Source: an uncultured Bacilli bacterium (GTDB lineage: Bacteria > Bacillota_I > Bacilli_A > RF39 > UBA660). Taken from it: DNA of 61,059 nt. Under the pieces are notes generated by a model. It had not been told where the DNA came from, did no database searches, and saw only the letters and a program-made list of their open reading frames with translations. The stretch is taken from positions 1-61,059 of the forward strand of contig CANRHC010000002.1 of the NCBI GenBank assembly GCA_947630305.1, written 5' to 3'. The position numbers and the translations under genes were made by a program. This document shows positions 20,486-27,167 of this stretch, in pieces (within the stretch, counting starts at the first letter, position 1; each line of letters begins with the position of its first letter).

Positions 20486-20863
20486 ATGAAATTTCATCAT
20501 ATTGGAATAGCAACGGAAGATATATATAAGACATTAGAAAAGTTAAAAAAATTTTTTAATATTAAAAATATTAGTGAAGTTATTTATGATAAGAATCAAA
20601 ATGCCAATTTATGTATGATAATGCTTGATGATGGTATTATGATTGAATTGATAAGTGGAGATGTAGTAGCTAATATAGTAAAAAAAAGACAATATTTATA
20701 CCATACTTGTTATTCGGTTGCCAATATAGAAAAGACTATAAAAGATTTAATTGATGATGGGGCTTTTTTAGTTAAAGAGGCCAAAGAAGCTATTTTATTT
20801 GATAATCATAAGGTTGCATTTTTAATGTGGGATTTAGGGTTGATTGAGTTGTTAGAAAATTAG
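20486..20863 (+). CDS. VOC (glyoxalase / methylmalonyl-CoA epimerase-like) family protein
   Basis: N-terminal MKFHHIGIATEDI and C-terminal LIELLE are characteristic of the small VOC fold. Confidence 0.6.
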   Translation: MKFHHIGIATEDIYKTLEKLKKFFNIKNISEVIYDKNQNANLCMIMLDDGIMIELISGDVVANIVKKRQYLYHTCYSVANIEKTIKDLIDDGAFLVKEAKEAILFDNHKVAFLMWDLGLIELLEN

Positions 20864-21168
20864 TTTGTTATTGCTATAGCAACTGTGTAATTTTTTTCAT
20901 GTGAAATAGAAATACAAATATTTGAATGATTTACAACATATGGACTTCCATCATTATTTGTTAAAATTTCAAAATCTAAGAAGTTTAAATTTTTAGTATT
21001 TGGTAAGGCTTTCATAATTGCTTCTTTAACAGCAAATCTTCCATATAAATAATGAAAGCCTCTTTTTTTATATTCTTCTTGTTCTTTTTTAGTTAAAATT
21101 AAATCAATAAAATCTTGATTTTTATTTTTTAAACGATAATTTTCGACAATATCAATTCCAATAGACAT
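20860..21168 (-). CDS. acpS: holo-[acyl-carrier-protein] synthase (4'-phosphopantetheinyl transferase)
   Basis: MSIGIDIVE... GRFAVKEAIMKAL ... ISISHEKNYTVAIAI aligns along its length with AcpS. Confidence 0.8.
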   Translation of the reverse strand: MSIGIDIVENYRLKNKNQDFIDLILTKKEQEEYKKRGFHYLYGRFAVKEAIMKALPNTKNLNFLDFEILTNNDGSPYVVNHSNICISISHEKNYTVAIAITN

Positions 21169-21203
21169 TTATAATCACCTAGGTAAATTTTAACATAATT
21201 TAC

Positions 21204-21232
21204 TTGAAATAGAAAATACTAAATGTTACAAT
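21204..21232 (+). promoter_or_regulatory. sigma-A-type promoter for the FkbH-like/ACP/ugd genes
   Basis: TTGAAA (21204-21209), 17 nt spacer, TACAAT (21227-21232), with TG at 21224-21225. Confidence 0.5.
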
Positions 21233-21252
21233 ATGGCTAGTGGTGAAGAAGT

Positions 21253-23031
21253 ATGAGGGAGTTAGAGTATCCATTTGATGTTGAATATCTTATTAAAAAT
21301 AAGAAAAAAATAAAAAAGAAATTATTAGAAAGTGAAAATTTATTAGAAAAAAGGATTGCAATATTAGGTGGATCAACTACTAGTGAAATAAAAAATATGT
21401 TAGAAATATTTTTATTAAATTATGGGATTAAACCAATATTTTATGAATCTGAGTATAATAAATTTTATGAAGATGCTTTATTTGGTAATGATGATTTAGA
21501 TAATTTTAATCCAGATATTATATATATTCATACGACAAATAGAAATATAATGAATTATCCAACTTTATATGATAGTGACGAAACTGTTAATGAATTACTG
21601 GAAAATGAATATTTAAAATTTGAAAAAATTTGGAATAGTTTATTTAAGAAATTTAAAGCAACAATTATTCAAAATAATTTTGAATATCCATCTTATAGAT
21701 TATTAGGAAATATGGATGCTAGTAATATTCATGGTAAAATAAATTTTATAACTAGATTAAATCAAAAATTTTATGATTATCAAAATAAAACTAAAAATTT
21801 TTTTATAAATGATATTAATTATGTTTCAGCATGTTATGGTTTAGATAAATGGGATCAAGGTTTTTATTGGCATATGTATAAATATGCTATGGAAGTTCCT
21901 GCTATTCCTTATTTATCATTTAATATAGCTAAAATAATTAAATCTATTTATGGAAAAAATAAAAAAGCTTTTGTTTTAGATTTGGATAATACTTTATGGG
22001 GTGGAGTAGTTGGTGATGATGGAGTAGAAAATTTAGCTATTGGGCCAGAAGTACCCAGTGGTCAAGTTTATTTTGAATTTCAAAATTATTTAAAAGAGCA
22101 TAAAAGTTTAGGAGTTATTTTAAATATAAATTCTAAAAATGAATATGAAAATGCTATAGCGGGATTAAATCATCCAGCAAGCTCTTTAAAACCTGATGAT
22201 TTTATTATTATTAAAGCTAATTGGAATCCAAAAAATATTAATATTAAAGATATTTCTGAAGAATTAAATTTAGGAGCGGATAGTTTTGTATTTGTAGATG
22301 ATAATCCTGCTGAAAGACAAATTGTTAAAAATTATATTGATAAAATAGCTGTTCCTCAAATTGATATTCCTGAAAATTATATTAAAATAATTGATCGAAA
22401 TGGTTATTTTGAAGTTACTAATTTTTCTAAAGAAGATTTAAATAAAAGTGAAATGTATAAAGATAATGCAAAAAGAAGTCAAATGATGGCAACTTTTGAT
22501 AATTATGATGATTATTTAAAGTCTTTGAAAATGAAAGCTGAAATAACATCTTTTAAAAAGATTTATTTGGAAAGAATTTCACAGTTAAGTAATAAAAGTA
22601 ATCAATTTAATTTAACAACTAAAAGATATTCCCTTGCAGATATTGAATCTATTTATAACGATGATAATTACATTAAATTATATGGTAAATTAGAAGATAT
22701 TTTTGGTGATAATGGCGTGATTACTGTTGTAATTGGACATATTATAAACGAAATAGAGTTACATATCGATTTATGGATTATGAGTTGTCGAGTTTTAAAA
22801 AGAAATATGGAATTTGCTATGATGGATGAACTTGTTAAGTATTCTAGAAAAAGAAACCTTAAAACAATATATGGATATTATTATCCAACATTAAAAAATA
22901 AAATGGTTCAAGATTTTTATGATATTCAAGGTTTTGAATTAATTAATGAAGATAGTGAAGGAAATAAAAAATATAAATTAGATATTAATGAATATAAATT
23001 AAAAAATAATGTAATTGAGGTGGAAGAATAA
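21253..23031 (+). CDS. FkbH-like HAD-IIIC family protein (carrier-protein loading enzyme)
   Basis: HAD motif I in FVLDLDNTLWGG and motif FVDDNPAERQ. It has a C-terminal GNAT-like region and is immediately followed by an ACP gene. Confidence 0.7.
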   Translation: MRELEYPFDVEYLIKNKKKIKKKLLESENLLEKRIAILGGSTTSEIKNMLEIFLLNYGIKPIFYESEYNKFYEDALFGNDDLDNFNPDIIYIHTTNRNIMNYPTLYDSDETVNELLENEYLKFEKIWNSLFKKFKATIIQNNFEYPSYRLLGNMDASNIHGKINFITRLNQKFYDYQNKTKNFFINDINYVSACYGLDKWDQGFYWHMYKYAMEVPAIPYLSFNIAKIIKSIYGKNKKAFVLDLDNTLWGGVVGDDGVENLAIGPEVPSGQVYFEFQNYLKEHKSLGVILNINSKNEYENAIAGLNHPASSLKPDDFIIIKANWNPKNINIKDISEELNLGADSFVFVDDNPAERQIVKNYIDKIAVPQIDIPENYIKIIDRNGYFEVTNFSKEDLNKSEMYKDNAKRSQMMATFDNYDDYLKSLKMKAEITSFKKIYLERISQLSNKSNQFNLTTKRYSLADIESIYNDDNYIKLYGKLEDIFGDNGVITVVIGHIINEIELHIDLWIMSCRVLKRNMEFAMMDELVKYSRKRNLKTIYGYYYPTLKNKMVQDFYDIQGFELINEDSEGNKKYKLDINEYKLKNNVIEVEE

Positions 23032-23273
23032 TGGAAAAAGAAATTTATGAAAGATTAAACAATGTATTTAGAGATATTTTTGATGATGAAACTATTGAAG
23101 TGCATCCCGAAACAACTTCAGATGATATTGAAGATTGGGATTCACTAGAACACATTAATTTAGTTGTTGCAGTGGAACAAGAATTTGGAATGAAATTTAA
23201 TATGAATGAAGTAACAACTATGAAAAATGTTGGTGAAATGGTTGAAATAATTAAGAAGAATATGACAAAATAA
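23031..23273 (+). CDS. acyl carrier protein
   Basis: 80 aa, acidic. The DSLEHINLV motif carries the phosphopantetheine-attachment Ser. Confidence 0.8.
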   Translation: MEKEIYERLNNVFRDIFDDETIEVHPETTSDDIEDWDSLEHINLVVAVEQEFGMKFNMNEVTTMKNVGEMVEIIKKNMTK

Positions 23274-23293
23274 TTGAAAAGGTGTTGAAAATA

Positions 23294-24463
23294 ATGAAAA
23301 TTGCAGTATCAGGAACAGGTTATGTTGGTTTATCTTTAGCAACACTTTTAAGTGTTAAAAATGAAGTCGTTGCTTTAGATGTTATTGAAGAAAAAGTTGA
23401 TATGATTAATAATCGTATATCACCTATAAAAGATGAATATATTGAAAAATATTTTAAGGAAAAAGATTTGCATTTAAAAGCTACACTAGATTATCGTGAA
23501 GCTTTTTCTGATGCTAATTATGTTATTATTTCAACTCCAACTAATTATGATGAAGAATTAAATTATTTTGATACTTCTTCTGTTGAAGATGTTATTGAAA
23601 AAGTGCTTAGTATGGGTTTAAAAGATTGTACGATGGTTATTAAATCAACTATTCCAGTTGGTTTTGTAGAAAGTATGAAAGAAAAATATCATATTGATAA
23701 TTTAATATTTTCACCTGAATTTTTAAGAGAGGGTAAGGCTTTGTATGATAATTTATATCCTTCTAGAATAATTGTTGGTGGTAAAAATTCTGAGGCTAAA
23801 GTTTTTGCTGATTTATTAATTAATTCATCATTAAAAGAAGAAGTTCCAGTATTATTTATGAATAGTACCGAAGCTGAAGCTGTTAAATTATTTGCTAATA
23901 CTTATTTAGCTTTACGTGTTGCTTATTTTAATGAATTAGATACATATGCTGAGATTAAAGGTTTAGATACAAAATCTATTATTGATGGTGTTTGTCTAGA
24001 TCCAAGGATAGGTAATCATTATAATAATCCATCTTTTGGTTATGGTGGTTATTGTCTACCTAAAGATACAAAACAATTACTTGCCAATTATAAAGATGTA
24101 CCTGAAAATTTAATAGAAGCAATTATTAAATCAAATCAAACTAGAAAAGAACATATAGTTAATATGATTATGAATAAAAATCCTAAAATAGTTGGAGTAT
24201 ATCGTTTAACTATGAAAACTAATTCTGATAATTTTCGGGCTAGTGCTATACAAGATATTATATTAAATTTAAAAGCTAAAAATGTTTCTATAGTAATATA
24301 TGAACCAACTTTAACTAGTGATTTTTTTGAAGATTGTAAAGTTATTAAAGATTTTGCTGAATTTAAAAAAATAGCAGATGTTATTTTAGCAAATAGAGAT
24401 GAAAAAATATTAGAAGATGTAAAAGATAAAGTTTATACAAGAGATATTTATAATCGTGACTAA
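23294..24463 (+). CDS. ugd: UDP-glucose 6-dehydrogenase
   Basis: [12 protein letters not shown]ossmann motif, [14 protein letters not shown] catalytic Cys segment ([11 protein letters not shown]) and NSDNFRASA. Confidence 0.85.
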   Translation: MKIAVSGTGYVGLSLATLLSVKNEVVALDVIEEKVDMINNRISPIKDEYIEKYFKEKDLHLKATLDYREAFSDANYVIISTPTNYDEELNYFDTSSVEDVIEKVLSMGLKDCTMVIKSTIPVGFVESMKEKYHIDNLIFSPEFLREGKALYDNLYPSRIIVGGKNSEAKVFADLLINSSLKEEVPVLFMNSTEAEAVKLFANTYLALRVAYFNELDTYAEIKGLDTKSIIDGVCLDPRIGNHYNNPSFGYGGYCLPKDTKQLLANYKDVPENLIEAIIKSNQTRKEHIVNMIMNKNPKIVGVYRLTMKTNSDNFRASAIQDIILNLKAKNVSIVIYEPTLTSDFFEDCKVIKDFAEFKKIADVILANRDEKILEDVKDKVYTRDIYNRD

Positions 24464-24487
24464 TTTTGATATATTTTGTCGTTTATG

Positions 24488-24517
24488 TTGTATAAATAAA
24501 TTAAGCATGGGTATAAT
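24488..24517 (+). promoter_or_regulatory. promoter of the small hydrophobic ORF
   Basis: TTGTAT (24488-24493), 18 nt spacer, TATAAT (24512-24517). Confidence 0.4.
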
Positions 24518-24537
24518 ATTTGTACAGGTGGGATATT

Positions 24538-24645
24538 ATGCAGTGGATATTAATTTTATTTATAGTAATGTTAATAATATTGTTTATTATATTTAGTTTA
24601 TTTTTTATTAGCTCTTTAATTATAGCTAAAAAATCTGATAATTAA
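24538..24645 (+). CDS. 35-aa hydrophobic peptide, candidate type I toxin (not in the ORF track)
   Basis: Sequence MQWILILFIVMLIILFIIFSLFFISSLIIAKKSDN. Strong RBS AGGTGGG (24526-24532) 5 nt before the ATG, with its own promoter and terminator. Confidence 0.35.
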   Translation: MQWILILFIVMLIILFIIFSLFFISSLIIAKKSDN

Positions 24646-24646
24646 G

Positions 24647-24690
24647 GTGCTGTTGGAAAATTAATTATTTAATTTTCAACAGTGCCTTTT
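24647..24690. terminator. hairpin terminator after the small ORF
   Basis: GCTGTTGGAAAATT ... AATTTTCAACAG(T)GC stem followed by TTTT. Confidence 0.5.
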
Positions 24691-24757
24691 AATTTGATAT
24701 TTCTTTTACAAACTGATAATTATATAAAATAGAAAATGTTAAATTCTTGAATTCAAT

Positions 24758-25120
24758 ATGGATAAATCAAAAAGACGTGGTATGATGAGAATGATGAAAG
24801 AAAGAAGAAGTTATTTTACTATTTAACAAAATTTGATATTAATCAAGAAGAGTTAGATGAGAAAGAGGATGATGCTTTTGTGAAGAAATTAAAAAGTAAA
24901 ATCAAGAAACTAAATCAAGATAAGAATTTTGTCAGTTTCTTAAGCCATGAAGATGACATAAAGTTTCAAAAGAATACCGTAAGAAACGAAGGCATCATTG
25001 AAGGCGAGAAAGCTAAAAGTTTAGAAATAGCCAAAAAAATTGTTTGAAATTAAATCAGATATTGAATTTATCACTGAAGTAACTGATTTAACCAAAATTG
25101 AAATAGAAAATTTAAAGTAA
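24758..25120 (+). pseudogene. remnant of an Rpn/YhgA-like (PD-(D/E)XK transposase-family) gene, C-terminal part only, frameshifted
   Basis: Three frame pieces read MDKSKRRGMMRMMKERR..., ...FQKNTVRNEGIIEGEKAKSLEIAKKIV* and EIKSDIEFITEVTDLTKIEIENLK*. This resembles the C-terminal tail of Rpn-family proteins. No nuclease domain is present. Confidence 0.45.
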
Positions 25121-25122
25121 AA

Positions 25123-25172
25123 AGGGTTGTTAGGAATCAATAATTTAATTTCCCAACAGCCTCTTTTTTTAT
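25123..25172 (+). terminator. hairpin terminator
   Basis: GGTTGTTAGGAA ... TTCCCAACAGCC stem followed by a T7 run. Confidence 0.5.
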
Positions 25173-25239
25173 CTTTCTTTGTCGAAAGTGTTTAAAGTTT
25201 ATTTAAAACATTCTATATTAAAATAGGCAAGGTGATTAT

Positions 25240-25539
25240 ATGTTTTATTTAAATTTAAAACGAAAAGGTGATGTTTTATATGCACATTTAGAAGGTAATT
25301 TATGTAAAAAGACTGTTCATCATATTGAGTATTATTTAATACCTTATTTAGAAAAAAATAAAGTTAAAAATTTATGTTGTGATTGTTCTAAGTTAAAAAA
25401 ATTGGATTTAGATGGAAAATATGCCTTATTAAGTACGAAAATTGAAATGAAAAAAAATGGGGGTAGTTTTCTATTATGTAACATGAAGAAAAAGTTAAAG
25501 GAGGGTTTAATTGGTTTTCATTTTAAAATAATGAATTAG
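25240..25539 (+). CDS. STAS-domain SpoIIAA-like anti-sigma-factor antagonist lacking the phospho-serine
   Basis: Aligns without gaps to B. subtilis SpoIIAA from VL..L.G.L through LEK to GG..V.C. The MDSSG segment is LDLDG here. Confidence 0.6.
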   Translation: MFYLNLKRKGDVLYAHLEGNLCKKTVHHIEYYLIPYLEKNKVKNLCCDCSKLKKLDLDGKYALLSTKIEMKKNGGSFLLCNMKKKLKEGLIGFHFKIMN

Positions 25540-25545
25540 GAGGAT

Positions 25546-26202
25546 TTGATGAATACAGAAGAAATTATCAAGGCTAATATTCCTTTAATTAAAAAAATTG
25601 CAACTAAATTTTATAATGCACCTTTTGAAGATTTGTTTCAAGCAGGTTGTATGGGAGTAATTAAAGCATACAAAAATTATCAAAAAAATGGTAATACAAA
25701 ATTTTCTAGTTATGCTTATGATTATATTTTTGGTGAAATGTATGAATGTGTATATAAAAATCAGAAATTAAAAGTTAGTAAAGATATTATTCGTTTAGTA
25801 AGAAAAATTGAAGTTGCTAAAAATGTTTTAAGTCAAAAATTAAATCGTCTTGCTACTTATTCAGAAATTGCCGAGTTTTTAGGTTTAGACTTAAAAGTAG
25901 TTTATGAAGCAGTTAATTCTATTTATGAACCAATTAGTTTAGATGGATGTTCTAAAGATGAAAAAGATTATTATGAAACTATTCCTTTAAAAGAAAATTT
26001 ATCTTTAGATGATAAACTTACTTTAAAAGATAGTATTACATCTTTAAATCCAGATGAACAAAAAATTATCAATTATCGTTATTTTGGTGATTTGACTCAG
26101 CAAGAAATAGCGAGAAAGTTAAAAATGACTCAAGTAATGGTTTCTAGATATGAAAAGAAAAGTCTTGAAAAACTAAGACAATTTTATGAAATTGGAGAGT
26201 AA
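25546..26202 (+). CDS. sigma-70 family sigma factor, SigF/SigG/SigB-like
   Basis: Region 2 (DLFQAGCMGVIKAYKNY, FSSYAYDYIFGEM) and region 4 (LTQQEIARKLKMTQVMVSRYEKKSLEKLR). Confidence 0.8.
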   Translation: MMNTEEIIKANIPLIKKIATKFYNAPFEDLFQAGCMGVIKAYKNYQKNGNTKFSSYAYDYIFGEMYECVYKNQKLKVSKDIIRLVRKIEVAKNVLSQKLNRLATYSEIAEFLGLDLKVVYEAVNSIYEPISLDGCSKDEKDYYETIPLKENLSLDDKLTLKDSITSLNPDEQKIINYRYFGDLTQQEIARKLKMTQVMVSRYEKKSLEKLRQFYEIGE

Positions 26203-26227
26203 AGAAAGGTTGTATCTTTCTTTTTTT
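26201..26227 (+). terminator. intrinsic terminator after the sigma factor gene
   Basis: AAAGAAAG, loop GTTGTAT, CTTTCTTT, then a T run. Confidence 0.55.
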
Positions 26228-26230
26228 AGG

Positions 26231-26248
26231 TTAACTCGTGTGAGTTAA
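26231..26248. promoter_or_regulatory. perfect palindrome, candidate operator (C-box) of the XRE controller
   Basis: TTAACTC-GTGT-GAGTTAA. It overlaps a -35-like TTAATC (26245-26250) placed 18 nt from TAAAAT (26269-26274). Confidence 0.45.
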
Positions 26249-26295
26249 TCATTTTTTTTAATTAATGCTAAAATATGTAAATATGAGGTGAGGTT

Positions 26296-26538
26296 ATGAC
26301 TATAACTAATGCAATAAAAAAAAGAATTGAAGATCTTTGTTCAGAAAAAAATATAACGCAAAACAAAATGTGTACTATCTGTGGAATTACCCAATCAACA
26401 ATTAATAATATTATTAATAGAGATCAAAAAGATGTTTCTTTATTAACAATCGTAAGAATTTGTAATGGTTTAGATATGACAATAAATGATTTTTTTGATT
26501 CAGATATTTTTAAAAATAAAATAGAAGAAAATATATAG
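26296..26538 (+). CDS. XRE-family HTH regulator, likely controller (C) protein of the R-M unit
   Basis: 80 aa. HTH segment ITQNKMCTICGITQSTINNI. It lies 8 nt upstream of the nuclease gene. Confidence 0.7.
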   Translation: MTITNAIKKRIEDLCSEKNITQNKMCTICGITQSTINNIINRDQKDVSLLTIVRICNGLDMTINDFFDSDIFKNKIEENI

Positions 26539-26545
26539 AAAGAAG

Positions 26546-27160
26546 ATGATAAAAATAAGTCCATATGAAAATTTGAAAATTGAAGATTGGAAAAACAAAA
26601 CAATTGAATTAGTTGAAAATCATCCATTAAAAAAAGAAGAAATTGTTGAAGCCGTTTTAACTAGTTGGGATAAAATATTTAACACATATATAGGAAATGA
26701 GTTAAAAATAGGAAGAGACATTAAACCTAGTCCTCAAATACTTGGCAATTATTTGCATGAATTAATTCCAATATATTTTGAAAAAAAATATCATGGAAAA
26801 TGGCATAAAGATAAAACTAAAAATGATAAAGATTTAGTATGCGATTTTGATGAATTTTATTCAATTGAAATTAAAACTTCTTCTAGTAAAAAAAATATAT
26901 TTGGAAATAGAAGCTATGGTATTTTATCTAAGGAGGAAAATACCAAAAAGAAACAAGGGTATTATTTAGCAATAAATTTTGAAAAATGTACTGAAAATAA
27001 TGAAAAACCAAATATTACATTGATAAGATTCGGATGGTTAGAACATTCTGATTGGAAATCACAAAATGCTCAAACAGGTCAACAATCAAGACTATTAAAA
27101 GAAAGTTATTCCTTAAAGTTTATAGTATTATATGAAAAAAAAGAGAAAGTAATTAATTAA
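26546..27160 (+). CDS. putative type II restriction endonuclease (PD-(D/E)XK)
   Basis: D-x(n)-E-x-K signature in KDLVCDFDEFYSIEIKTS. Convergent with and 8 nt from a DNA methyltransferase, and preceded by a C-protein gene. Confidence 0.5.
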   Translation: MIKISPYENLKIEDWKNKTIELVENHPLKKEEIVEAVLTSWDKIFNTYIGNELKIGRDIKPSPQILGNYLHELIPIYFEKKYHGKWHKDKTKNDKDLVCDFDEFYSIEIKTSSSKKNIFGNRSYGILSKEENTKKKQGYYLAINFEKCTENNEKPNITLIRFGWLEHSDWKSQNAQTGQQSRLLKESYSLKFIVLYEKKEKVIN

Positions 27161-27167
27161 CTTTCTT

